From: Octopus vulgaris
Taxonomy: Eukaryota
DNA length: 64,000 bases
Direction of reading: 5' to 3'
Assembly (NCBI GenBank): GCA_951406725.2
Contig: OX597825.1
Location: 54,250,001-54,314,000 of the forward strand
Shown here: positions 1 through 12,631 of the stretch, piece by piece
How positions within the stretch are numbered: the first letter of the stretch is position 1
Layout of the letters: each line of letters opens with the position of its first letter
Notes under the pieces: model-generated
Databases searched by the model: none
What the model was told of the DNA's origin: nothing
Seen by the model: only the letters and a program-made list of their open reading frames with translations
Program-made: the position numbers and the translations under genes

Positions 1-467
1 CAGTGTTTCTTACAATATTTACAACTTCGAAGGTTGATTTGCTTAAGATTTGGCTGCTATTTCTAACACTTTTAACGACCACCTAGAAGCTCCTCTTATG
101 TCGGTTGCTGTCATTTTAGGACCAATGAGTGTGAAATATTTTTAAGCCTAGCTTTAAGTGATGGTGTGGTTTGACGGAGTCCGGGGTTGACGTATTGATC
201 TGTTATAATTGGTATGGCTTTTACTGATGAGGTACGATTAACGTATTAGGTGTGACAATCTACGGTATGTCGTAGTGTTTATTTGGCATCGTTATTCTGT
301 TTTAGGGGTCATTATACTGGGATACAGAGATTTGCACAGACTGACACCAGTTGTCATGTGGTGAGAAACACAAATACACACTTATACATATACATTCATA
401 CTCACGCGTATACACATACATTTGTATATATACATACGGACTTACGCGTGTGTACGTGTGTGTATGG

Positions 468-501
468 AGAGAGAGAGAGAGCGAGAGAGAGAGAGAGACA
501 C

Positions 502-532
<31 letters not shown>

Positions 533-567
533 GGCAGACAGACAGGCAGACAGACAGATGGACAGAC
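468..567. repeat. (GA)n followed by (CAGA)n microsatellite
   Basis: Direct tandem repeats; source of the ERER/RQTD pseudo-ORFs. Confidence 0.95.
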
Positions 568-1020
568 GTAGCCATGATTGTGTGGTAATAAGTTTGCTTC
601 TTACCCACAAGATTCCGTATTCAGTCCTGCTGCATGGCATCTTTGGTAACTGTCTACTATACTCAGAGGCTGACCAAAGCTTTCTGAGTAGATTTGGTAA
701 ACAGAAACTGTAAGAAGCGTGTCGTATATATATATTTATGTGTGCGTGTGTGTGTTCGTGTATTCCTGGGCGTGCGTCTGTATGCGTGCGTTTCTATGCA
801 TCTATTAGTGTTTTGGTATCTGTTTTCGTCCCCCATCGCTGCTTCACAACCGGTGTTGGTTTGTTTGCATCCCAGAACTTAGCGTTTTGGTGGAAGTCAT
901 CGATAGAATAAGACCAAGCTTTAAAAAAATATATATGTATTGGGGTCGATTTCTTCAATTAAAACCGTTGAAGGTTGTGCCCCAGCATGGCCGCAATGCA
1001 ATGACGAAACAAGTAAAATA
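565..1020 (+). mobile_element. Degenerate tRNA-derived SINE, family A (CORE-like, octopus OR-type)
   Basis: Aligns by eye to the cleaner copy at 18917-19316: TGTGTGGTAA head, GACCAAAGCTT..GATTTGGTAAACAGAAACTG, internal (TA)/(TG) tract, tail CCCCAGCATGGCCGCA..GAAACAAGTAAAA. Confidence 0.8.
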
Positions 1021-1324
1021 TAAAAATTGTAAAACACTGTTTTCGATTATGAAATTCATTCACACGATCAAAATGCTTCATTGTCACTGAACTGTCCCCA
1101 CTGTGGGGCTTATGATAAACAGTGGCAACACTGTTTCATTGCCGTGTGCTGTCCGCTGTATTTGTATATGTGTGTGCATGCGGTCGAGGATAGTTATTAT
1201 GTGTATGCGTTGGAAACATGTAAAACTGTCAAGTCGAGAGAACACGTGGTATGAGCATGTGACGAGAACATGTGATAAAACATGATCCTTAAATCTTTCC
1301 CTCACTACTTTTCTGTAGCGTCCC

Positions 1325-2330
1325 TAATCTTCCTTTTCTTATTTTTCTTCTCCTTCTTCTCTTTCGTCCTCCTCCTCGCCCTCCTCCTTCTGTACCACTA
1401 ACTTTTCTCTTTTCTTCTTTGTCATTTTCTTTTTCCTCATCACCATCTGCCTCTTTTACTTCGTTTACTTCTTTTCTTCTTCTCCTTTTTCCTCTTCTGC
1501 TTTGTATTTTCCTTCTCCATCGTTTTCTTCATCATTTGCGTCTTTTACTTAGCTTCTTCTTCTTCTTTGTCTATTTCTTTTTCTTCTTCATTGTTTTTCT
1601 TTTTCTTCATCATCTTATTCTTTTACTCCTTCATCATCTTATTCTTTTACTTCTTCTTCTTCAGCATCTTCTTCATCTTCTTCTTCTTCTTCGTCTTCTT
1701 CTTCTTCTTCTTTTTTTTTTTCTTCTTCTTCTTCTTCGTCTTCGTCTTCTTCTTCATCATCATCATCGTTTTCTTCTTTTTCTTTGTCTCCTTTTTTTTC
1801 TTGATCGTTTTCTTTTTCTTCATCAGCATCTTATTCTTTTATTCCTTCATCATCTGCTTATTTTATGTCTTCTTCTTCTTCTTCTTCTTCTTCTTCTTCT
1901 TCTTCTTCTTCTTCTTCTTCTTCTTCTTCTTCTTCTTCTTCTTCTTCTTCTTTTTCTTCTTCTTTTTCTTCTTCTTTTTCTTCTTCTTTTTCTTCTTCTT
2001 TTTCTTCTTCTTTTTCTTCTTCTTCTTCTTTTTCTTCTTCTTCTTCTTCTTCTTCTTCTTCTTCTTCTTCTTCTTCTTCTTCGTCTTCTTCTTCGTCTTC
2101 TTCTTCATCATCACCATCGTTTTCTTCTTTTTCTTTGTCTTCTTTTTTCTTCTTCATCAGCATCTTATTATTTTACTTCTTTTTTCTACTCCTCCTCCTC
2201 CTTTTCCTTCTTCCCCGCGGCCCCTCCTTCATCTTATTCATCATCCTTTTTTTTTACTTCTTTCTCCTTTTCGTTTTCTTCTCCCTTATCTACTTCTTTT
2301 TCCAATCATTCGTCTTCTTTCATTCATTTA
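1325..2330. repeat. ~1-kb (CTT)n/(TTC)n polypyrimidine tract with higher-order structure
   Basis: Near-pure CTT run at ~1868-2105 containing TTTTTCTTCTTC units; explains the poly-F/L/S/K/E ORFs. Confidence 0.95.
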
Positions 2331-2369
2331 TATATAACGTCCATATTGTGTGATACCAAATATTTACGT

Positions 2370-3175
2370 TCATGAAATTATATACACCAGCCATTTCATC
2401 TTACACACAAACACACACGTGCCCTCATACGCTTGCATGCGCACACACTTGCACAAACATACATACAAACGCACACACGAACACATACACACAAATACAC
2501 ATTCATTTATAGAAACGCACGCAAATCTACATACATGCATATGCACACACAGAATCAAATAAATAGTCTCTAAGTGGCCACTCAACCCACTAGAAATAGC
2601 AGTTAAATCTCCTTCATGTTACACTGTACTATGCAAATCAAGAAGTTTTAGTTATGTTGTTCTGAGGTACATTATTCATGTAAGAAATATGACGTGGGGT
2701 CACGGTCAGAACGTGTTTGATCTTAGATCTGTTCAATCAGCTCTGAGTTTGGGTTATACATTAACTTCAAACACAATCAACCACGCATACACACACTCAA
2801 ACACTCACACACACACGCACACATACACACTAATATATATATTCCACGCATATGTACATATACAAACATTCGCAATCACACACATCCAACCACACACATC
2901 CAGCCACACACATATACGTATACAAAACAGTCATCCAACCACTCATATACAATCTCTTTACACATTTACACATATAAAAACATAAACACAAATACTCACA
3001 TACGTACACATACACAGACATCCAGCTCCTTACATACAAACCAAATACACACTACACACCCACACTAACAAACACACTACAGACACACAAATGCACAAAC
3101 TACATACACACAAACGCACACACTACACACACACACAAACACACATATATACGCATATACAAGCAAGCACATATA
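2370..3175. repeat. Degenerate (CA)n-rich low-complexity region
   Basis: CACA/CATA-rich sequence interrupted by a dispersed repeat at ~2570-2765. Confidence 0.8.
2572..2765 (+). repeat. Dispersed old repeat family with core TAGAAATAGCAGCCAAATCT
   Basis: The same core recurs at ~45-67 (-), ~3270-3300 (+), ~6410-6430 (+), ~8990-9012 (-) and ~25995-26015 (-); element class unknown. Confidence 0.55.
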
Positions 3176-3597
3176 CTTCCATAAACTTCTCAGAAATCAT
3201 TCTCCGAATGTAATATACTATCTTTATCATTGTGCCAACGTTAGTGCCTCTATGTGGTCAGTTAAACATCAAGAAATAGTAGCTAAATGGCCTTCAAATC
3301 ACACAATATCTAACATCATAAAAGCTAAATAATGTACCCCAAGAAACATTTAATTGGTCAGGTCATGGCTGGAGAGTGTATTATGTTAGCATGATTCAGT
3401 AAATGAAGAACCTCTATCGTTCGCTCCATGTAAATGAAGTTTATCTCTCACCACTTCGATCTTGGTTATCTCTGATTCCTGTTTTCTTTTTCATCTTTTT
3501 ATTAAACAGAATATTATGACTCCTCTTCTGTTTCTCTCTTTCTAATTTTCTTTTATTTCTAAGCCTTTCTTCTCGTCTTTCTCTCTGTCTTCTCTTC

Positions 3598-3599
<2 letters not shown>

Positions 3600-3644
<45 letters not shown>

Positions 3645-3675
3645 TCTCTCTCTCTCACTCTCTCTCCCTCTCTCT
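3600..3675. repeat. (CT)n microsatellite
   Basis: Direct tandem repeat. Confidence 0.95.
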
Positions 3676-5125
3676 TATCTATCTAGCTAGTTAGCTGTTT
3701 ATTAATTTCATCATTCTCGATAAACTTTACCTTCTTTCATCTGTTGTTTCCTCTCTTTCCGCTATTTCTGGTAACCACTTATATCTTCTTTCTATCTCCA
3801 TGCTATTGTTTATTTTCTCAACTTTTCCTTTATTTTGTGTCTTCTTGTCTGTCTTCCGTATTTTTCTGCCATTTCCTTCTTCCTTTCCCGTTCCTGCATT
3901 CCGTATTTGTGTCATATTTTTTCTACCTTCCATACCTTCTCCATTCGCATCTCTCTTCCATAATGTCGTATCATTTACTTTACTTTTTGACTTTCATATG
4001 TTATATCCTCGTATCAGGCTTTTATGGTTACCTCTCCTTCTCGTTTCCTTTCAATTCCTGTATTTTGTGTGCTCTTTCAATATTTTGGGTCACTTTTTAG
4101 TCATTCCCCATTTTGGGTCACATATTTCTTTGTTTTGTGCCATATACCTGTCTTCAGAAGTGTATGTCTTTTATTTCGTATTCTGTATTTAGTGAGAATT
4201 TTTTCCTCTTTTCCATATACATTTTATACATATTTTATTTTCCTGTCTTCTGTACTTAGTGTCTTATGACTTTCTTCTGTATTTTCTTTTTTATTTGTCC
4301 TCCATATTATGTGTCACTTTTTTTTCTGACATCCGCATTTTCGGTTATTTTTTATCTTCATTATTTTCTGTTATTATTTATATTTTCCGAATTTTGTGCA
4401 TCTTTTTTTATACTTCTGCACTTTATATATTCCATAATTAATCTCTTCTTTTGTCTTCAATACATTATATTTATTGGTGTGCCAATATGTGTATGTATGT
4501 GTGTATATATCAAGCTATAAATCTCTTATAAATGTATATTTACATACATACGCTGTGTGTGAGTGCCTACTGAATTCATAAAACGTCTTCTTTACAACAT
4601 TCGTTCTGTTTACTTTATCTCTTCTCTTCGTTTTTTTTGGTCTTGTTTTTACAGCCTTTCCAAATTTTTCTCTCTATCTTGCGTACTCACTCCCTTCCTT
4701 CAGCAACCTCACATATTCTATTGTTTTTATTGCGTGTTTATTTTTTTCCTCATTTCCACACTATCTTTCCACATTTCTGTATTTCATTCCTAATATCTAT
4801 CTAACTGTCACAATATATATATCTACGTATCTTCCTAACTTTATTTATCTCAAGCTATCTATGTATTTCTTATCTTACTGTCTTTCAGTATGTATGTATG
4901 ATTGTATGTATGTATGGATGTATGTATGTATGTATGTATGTATGTATGCATGTATGTATGTATGCATGCATGCTTGTACTATCTCTACTTCCAACTCTTT
5001 TCTTCCGCCCTTCGTCTCTTATAGTCTGTCTTCCACACTTCTGTATGCTTGTGGGAATATGTGTGTATGTGTATGTATGTACGTTTGTACGCATGTATGT
5101 ATGTGTGTATGTATATATGTATACA

Positions 5126-5278
5126 CATCAATCCCAACGCTCAACTTAATTATTTATCGACCCCGAATGAGAAAAAGCAAAGTTGACCTCAGTGGAATTT
5201 GAACTAAGAAGGCAGAGACGAACGAAACGCCTTCAAACATTTTGTCAACGCGCTAAACATTCAACGAGATTACTGCCA
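5126..5278 (-). mobile_element. tRNA-derived SINE, family B (Meta-domain-like core), partial
   Basis: TTTATCGACCCCGAATGAGAAAAAGCAAAGTTGACCTCAGTGGAATTTGAAC matches the family B core seen at 8318-8375. Confidence 0.75.
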
Positions 5279-5290
5279 TAATAATATAAT

Positions 5291-5860
5291 CTTTTTTTTT
5301 TACTGGTTACAGAGCCAAACACAGAACAATATTCTCTAAAAGGTGGGGAGTTCTACCCAGGGCTAACCAAGGAACCCTACACATTCTGGTCATCTCGACC
5401 GCCAAGGGCACCGCAAGTAGGCATCTCTCAATCTCCTTAATCCATCCGGCTTACAGTCGGATGTTCAGAGTAGGCCATTTCACACGGGCCTTCTGCATCA
5501 TATTCACACACCTTTCAACAAAATTACTGGAGCGGGGACAGAAGTTTCCCCTCACTTACCTTTGCAAGCGGAACTTGACAAAGTCGATGAGGGCTTGGTG
5601 GAAGACAAATGTAACTCACGTAAGCCTTTTCAACCTCGTCCAACACACTACCTCTTTTGCCATAGCCAACAGACAAGGAAAAACTGCTTTCTGTCCCGAT
5701 CAAAAGAAGGCAGCGGTGTGATCCTCACGATTAACTCGGCTGATACCCGAAACCGTCCTACACGCTTTAACACCTGTTCGACAAAGCTCAAGGAGTCAGT
5801 AATGCCCTGATACTGGATGGGTGCATGTCGAATGGGTTCACCGTTCTGTTTTCATCTCAG
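5291..5860 (-). mobile_element. 5'-truncated L1/Tx1-like LINE relic (ORF2 C-terminus, 3' UTR, poly-A)
   Basis: Minus strand reads RHAPIQYQGITDSLSFVEQVLKRVGRFRVSAELIVRITPLPSFDR, then after a frameshift KAVFPCLLAMAKEVVCWTRLK. This resembles Tx1-type ORF2 ends. The T-run at 5292-5301 is a poly-A tail on the minus strand. Confidence 0.65.
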
Positions 5861-5914
5861 ACAGGTCTGTTTGACAAGCACTTCTCTGCATGTAGATCTT
5901 GTCTCGAACCGGAA

Positions 5915-6200
5915 TATAATAAAACAAGCTTTATTCAGGGACCTTTTGAGCAGAATGGGCTACTCAACCTGAAAAAAATTCTAACTGGGACCCACCTACT
6001 AGATCATGAGCTGTTTATCTTGATATAAGATTACCATGTCACGCATATATAGTTGTGATGCATGTGCCTAGTGTACCCTTATGGGACGAGTAGTCATTAT
6101 GGGTATATTGGGCTTCGTAGCCCAGTGTGACTATGATGACATGCACTGTTCTCTCCCTCAATAATAATAGTAATAATGATGATGATGATGATGACGACGA
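5915..6200 (+). mobile_element. Probable non-LTR retrotransposon 3' UTR ending in an (AAT)n/(GAT)n tail
   Basis: Complex sequence ending ...TGCACTGTTCTCTCCCTCAATAATAATAG; resembles a recurrent octopus repeat (recall only). Confidence 0.45.
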
Positions 6201-6769
6201 TGTCAACGATGGTGATTGTGGTTTAGTAACAAAGCTAAAGCACCCAGGTTGAAGCCACCTGGCACACACTGACCTTCAGCTCTGCTGTGCATGCACACTA
6301 AGTTTTAACGTTCTAGCTCACTTCCGCTGTTTATAGCAGTGCTTACCTCCAGCCTCTTATATTTTGGTGAAGGGCTCAGGTGAAGGCTCTACGAATTTGC
6401 TTCACAGGCTAGGAATGGCAAATATATCTAACGCATGTTAAACGGAAATATTAAAGAAGGATGTATTGATATAGCGTTAGACGTAGTAGCCTAAAACGTC
6501 TTTGAGCATGGATCAACTTTGTGAAAGCTGATGTGCAACAAAACAACAATTTTCATACCTCAAATCTGTATTTAGTCGTCAAATATAAAATACGTATAAT
6601 AATACTGCTATAATGATATCACTACACCATATATCTATAAATATCTACTAATATGTATGTTTATATGTACAAATACATATATCTACATCTATGGTTATAC
6701 ATATGTGTGTATGTATGTGTGTGTGTGTGTGTGTTCGTATGAATGCATCTATATCTGTATGTGTATGTG

Positions 6770-7025
6770 AGCATTATGGTCCACTGGTTATGGTGTGGCA
6801 TTCAAGATTGCGTGACCGTGGTTTCAGTTCCTGGACTGGGGGATGCATTGTGTTCTTGAACAAAACATTCTATCTAGGGTTGCTCTACGATCACATCGAC
6901 ACCTGACGCGTGGCACGGCGTGAACCTGTACGGGGAACAACCTTTGATTTGATAGAGGGAGTGAGCTACCAGAAGCTACTATCAGACACATGTGTATATC
7001 TATTGAATATGAATGTGTGTGCATG
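6770..7025 (+). mobile_element. tRNA-derived SINE, family D (degenerate)
   Basis: A-box-like TGGTCCACTGGTTA and B-box-like GGTTTCAGTTCC, followed by TTGTGTTCTTGAACAAAACA. Confidence 0.5.
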
Positions 7026-7349
7026 AGGGACAAGCTTGACTCCAATTATGACTACACATGAATTCATTAATACAATTGAACTATTTAGTGTATAGTAACA
7101 TCTAGGCTAAGAGTTTATCCTTTTTGCCTTATATAACATGTGATACTTTAAATATATAGGTGACTGTCGTTGCCCAATATATTGTGTGGCATAATATGAC
7201 GGTTAGGTGATTCTGTAGCTTTATATAACATGTGCTATTACAGACGTCTAGATTACTATGTTTGCCCTATGTATAACATTGTACTGCATGCGGTTGGGTT
7301 ACAATGTTTGCCTTATATAACATCTGGTATAACAACAAAATTAATACAA

Positions 7350-7627
7350 CTGGTACTCCGTCGGTTACGACGTCGAGAGTTCCAGTTTGTCCGATCAACA
7401 GAACAGCCTGCTCGTGATTTTAACGTGCAAGTGCTCAGCACTCCGCATGTACGCGTACCTTTAGCGTAGTGCTCAGAGTGATTCAGCGAGACACAGAATG
7501 TGACAAGGCTGGTACCACTTATTGTTGCCAGCTGAGTGGACTGGAGAAATGGTTCTTGTTTCAGGATGCAAAGCGACCTTATAATCGCGAGCCGAATGCC
7601 CTAACCACTAAGTCACGCACCTTCACA
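7350..7627 (-). mobile_element. tRNA-derived SINE, family C variant
   Basis: CCGTCGGTTACGACG..AACAGCCTGCTCGTGA..ATTCAGCGAGACACAGAATGTGACAAGGC is shared with 41723-42114. Confidence 0.75.
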
Positions 7628-8047
7628 GTAGTACTCAAACAGACGGCGAGATGACTCGCTTTCCCTCTGATTGCCTGCGTCGGATCCAATGCTTCTGCAA
7701 AGTTTTCAGCATCTCAAAGTCGTTGTTAATCATATGAATACTACTCATCCACAATTAAAGCGCAGCAAACTCGTAAACATTTTAATCTCAGCCATCGTCT
7801 TTCAGCGATGACGCCCGTGAGACGCGTTTTATTATTTGGTGATGCAGTTGTTAAATAGTATCTTATAGTTTATTTTATCAAACTAGAAATTCTGAACAGT
7901 AAATTTGATTTCTCCTTATACACCAGAATGTCTAGATCTTTTACTAAATGTCGTAATGCTCTTTCTTCAGATGCTCTCGCCATCCTATTCATCTCCAGCA
8001 TTGACACTGAGCGGTCTGTTTTCTTGGATATAGAATATATATATATA

Positions 8048-8445
8048 TCCTTTTCTATTCTAGGCACAAAGCCCAAAATTTGTGGGGAGGGGACCAGTCG
8101 ATTAGATCGACCCCGTACGCAACTTGTACATAATTTGTTGATTCTGAAAGGATGAAAGGTAAAGTGACCTTGGTGGAATTTGAACTCAGAACGTAAAGAC
8201 AGATGAAATACCTATTTCTTTATTACCCACAAGGGGCTAAACACAGACAGGACAAACAAGAACAGACAAACGGATTAAGTCGATTACATCGATCCCAATG
8301 CGTAACTAGTACTTAATTTATCGACCCCGAAAGGATGAAAGGCAAAGTCGACCTCGGCGGAATTTGAACTCGGAACGTAACGGGACACGAAATACCGCTA
8401 AGCATTTCGCCCGGCGCGCTAACGTTTCTGTCAGTTCGCCGCCTT
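8048..8445 (-). mobile_element. Dimeric family B SINE with target-site duplication
   Basis: Two tandem cores (..GAAAGGATGAAAGG(C/T)AAAGT..GGAATTTGAACTC) and a tRNA head AGGCGGCGAACTGACAGAAACGTTAG on the minus strand. Flanks GATATAGAATATATA (8027-8041) and GATACAGAATATATA (8446-8460). Confidence 0.9.
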
Positions 8446-11130
8446 GATACAGAATATATATCGCCGGCATTTTAGTGCAGCCCTCATCATCCTTTGCTAT
8501 CAATTAATGATCAGTTTGCAGTTACTATCAGAGACACAGTAATGCACAAGACTAAAATGGCACTACAGTATCGATCTCCATTCCCTAAATAATGATCTAA
8601 CATAAAATCGTACCTTGTTTAACCTTTTCAACTACCATCTCTACGTTAGCTTTATGATTTGAATTAAATTTTATATACCATATCTCCGAATATCTGGCTT
8701 TGATACACTTAAAAAAATCGATAGAGATATCCGTGTCGACGTTTTGAATAGTTTATAAAGGGATTGCAGCAAGAAGAGGTTTTTTGTTTTGCTTTTCAAG
8801 TTCATATTTCGACTGAAGAATATATTACATAAATAACATGACCGTCATTGTTGTGGTTGCCACTTGAAACCAAATCAATCGTGATCCAGCATATTTACAT
8901 TCAAAAGGATTACATTTTGGGTTACCCTTTCTCTTTAATGAACGTAGGATTTTTATCTTTTATGTTAAAATAGTATGGTACTATTTACGGGAGATTTGGC
9001 TGCATTTTCTAGCAAATCAAACCAACTTTAGCTTTCTTTTGGAAGTGTGCATGAATAACAACTAATGAAAATCCTGCCCTACTCTGTTAGCTTGTCACTT
9101 GATTTACTTCCTTGTCTTTTGGGCAAATGTCCTATAGGGGGCCTATATGTTGGCCAGAATGTCGAAATTGCACAGAATAAATAATAAAAGTTTGGTAACA
9201 TATAGCCGACTGTTATATACTGATACATCGTGCTACTTAATGTTACAGAAACTGATACTTAGAGCGTTATTGAGTGTTGCTTAGGGTGATTCTCAGAGCA
9301 TTATTTAGCGTATTAATTAGACTCTTACATACACTGATTTCTACACTGTCACATAAAACAGTTCAGTATGCTAAATGAAGTTTGAACAGGTTCAATCATA
9401 AGCTTAACACCTGCGTTGAACATAGTAGCACAACACCTCACAACAGAGAACTATACAATACTACCCGGTTCTAAAAGACACAATTATACAACACTATAGT
9501 ACACTACCCAACACTATACAACTCATAGAGATGCACTTAATTCAAAGTGGTACTGTACTGTGATTAGGCAAACTAAATTATAAAGTCATTACACAATATT
9601 GTTTTTGACCTTGGGATAATCAAGTTGTTTTGCACCGCTAATTAGGAAAACTTTGAAACACAAATTTTCTCAGATAAAGGGCTGTATTTCATGAGGATTT
9701 TCGTGTATCTTCCTTGTCTTTAATCTGGATTTATATTTATTTAGTTATATTTGTTGCAGCTTTATTCTTTTGTTGCAGTTGGCCATAACTTTCCATTTTT
9801 CTCTAACGTCTATTTTTCCCTCCGTTGTCACGCGAAGAGGTTAAAGCGCGACTCGGAGTCTCTGTCTAAATTTGTATTATAGACAGAGACAAGTGTTCTT
9901 GCCAGAGGTTAAACCTTGGCAGATAATAGCGTCGACGGTACTGATGATGAAGGACTATTCTTGTTACTGTGGAAACAGAGGCAGCAGTAACCTCTGTTGT
10001 GTCCACATGTTGCCACTTCGATTTATATTTTCTTCTACTTTTCATTTTCTTCCATGCAAAACCCCACTTGCATACTTTTCTACATGTGAGTAGGAATTGG
10101 ACCTTCCTTGCCACCGATATTTACCTGCCACTCACTAAATGTTTTATAGATCAGAGATAAACTTGTCTTTACTAGAGCGCTTACTGGTCTATACTAATCT
10201 TAGACATCCATATACAGTTACCAGTCAATCTAGCTTTATTGTTGTGTATAAGTGACGACCCACCAAGAATCAACGTCGATAACAATATCGTTGATTAAAA
10301 CCCCATACAGCTGACCTAAGTACTGCAGAATAAAACTGTGGGTAAACATGGGGCACACCAGGCCTATCTCCTCGCCGAATCTCCCAGGCACTCTCTTCTA
10401 TGTACCTGTTACGGACAAAGAAGTGCATAACCTGCCACACATCGGTTATGACTTCTCCCAAACCCTTCTTTCTCCAGCACATATAAATTCTTCCAGTTGT
10501 TTGTAAAACAAAAGTATATTACAGTCTTACTTGTCCTTTCCTGTGCAAATTCCTCGTGCCAGGAGAAAACATTTGCTCGACATTTCTACTCCATACTTTC
10601 TCTTTTATTCTTCATCTGGTTCTATATAATTCGTAACAATTTCAAAAGATTAATTAGTGCTGTAATTTCCAGAAGTGTCGTTAGATATCATTTCCAAATT
10701 AATATTATTAAAATTAATAAGTGTGTGTCTTTTCCGTTGTGCACTTGTAAGTCGATAAGCTTCTTCTCTAATTTTTATAATCTTTGTATACCTTTTAAGG
10801 CTGCTTCCGTGTTTGAAAATAATTCAGTCAGACTTTATTACGTTATTGTCATTGATTCTTTCACTACGATGGAGAGCATCTCTTCTGCTTTTTCGGAGTT
10901 CATTTTAAGTAACGAATAACAATGCAAATTATATGAAAGCATCTATGTACAAATATGTGTGTGTGAATGTGTGAGGACGAATCAATGTCTCAATGAACGA
11001 TTCTTGCATCTATGTTTATAAGTAATCTCTTCCCATATTCCTAAGAATTTTGTTCATGAATGAAAATATCACCCGTGAACTTTTTCAAAAATTCTTGAAA
11101 CAATTACTTCTGAATGAATCTCATCCATAT

Positions 11131-11508
11131 TTATTCTCTTGAAAAACGCCGCCGCCGTGGTGATCTCATTCTCGCCCACAACATCATAAGCGGAAAGTGT
11201 AACCTCTCGAAAGAGCTGTTCTTCATTCCTGCTCCAGAGCGTCGGCTGCGGGGTCATTCCGAAAAGCTCTACCTGCGACGATTTCATCTCAATCGAAGGA
11301 GAGGAGCTTTCTCCGTCCGGGTTGCGGATCCGTGGAACAAGCTGCCAGACGAGATGGTGAAGATGCCGACGACCGCTTTGTTCAAAGCCTCCCTGGACCT
11401 CAAGTGGCCTGAACTCTTTACATGAACACCACCCTGTACTTAACTCCATGTCCCCCTACATGGCCTAGCTATTTGCTTTTGAGCCAAATTAACTAACTAA
11501 CTAACTAA
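11131..11508 (+). mobile_element. Young 5'-truncated CR1-like LINE (RT C-terminus, 3' UTR, (TAAC)n tail)
   Basis: Open frame YSLEKRRRRGDLILAHNII...LRGHSEKL...FSVRVADPWNKLP matches the CR1 ORF2 terminal motif SLE.RR.RGDLI...RGH..KL...FS.RV...WN.LP. Tail AACTAACTAACTAACTAA; possible TSD CATAT (11126-11130 and 11509-11513). Confidence 0.9.
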
Positions 11509-12234
11509 CATATAAAACAGCAGTAATAATGGTTATAGCAGTGCCGGTACTATTCATTTTAATGCAAACATAACTAGAGTAAGAACATGAGCAGCAAAAG
11601 CAATACTTTCTACAAACCCTAGAAAATTGATTCCATATTCTAATATTTCTTCCTCTGGTTTCCTACTCGATTCCTTCATCATTCTGTCGTATCGCCTAAT
11701 TTCAGAAGCATTTCCGATCTACCGGATAACTTATATTTGTATAACCAGCAAAATCGAAGCTAACTTATCGAACGTCCATTTTCCTTTGAATAAATTAAAT
11801 TATAAACACCTTAGAAATATGTGACTGGGTGATGATCGAAGGTACATATACGGTCAAGTTGCACGGCTTACAATATGAGAACATCAGATTAAAAATTTCC
11901 TACGTATCATCAGAAGATCATATACGGTGGCTGGTTAGTAAAACATTAGAAATAGAGTAACGTGAATACACGAAATGGCCTATCTTGAGAGATAATATAA
12001 AACTCTTTCTCTGGTGGTGAGAGCTTCGGAAAAAATGGCTAACCTAATATACAAATACATAAAAACATAATATATGATCTATAGTTAATTAGCATTTTAT
12101 TCTGCTATTCTTTTACTGGAGTACGGCCATGATTGTACTTCTCCCTGAAACGTATTTAGTCTATTATATCGACACTTGCATTTTGCCTTGTTTGTATGTA
12201 CACTCATTTATCCTTGAATTCACATGTATGAGTC

Positions 12235-12631
<397 letters not shown>

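Noticed and set aside
1419-2375. Long ORFs (318 aa, 256 aa; poly-L/F/S/E/K)
   Set aside because: Translations of the CTT microsatellite, which lacks stop codons in all frames; no domain content.
9940-10005. CTGATGA...GAAA-CAGAGG/CCTCTG-TT hammerhead-like arrangement
   Set aside because: Helix III is good, but helix II and helix I cannot be paired convincingly; likely chance.
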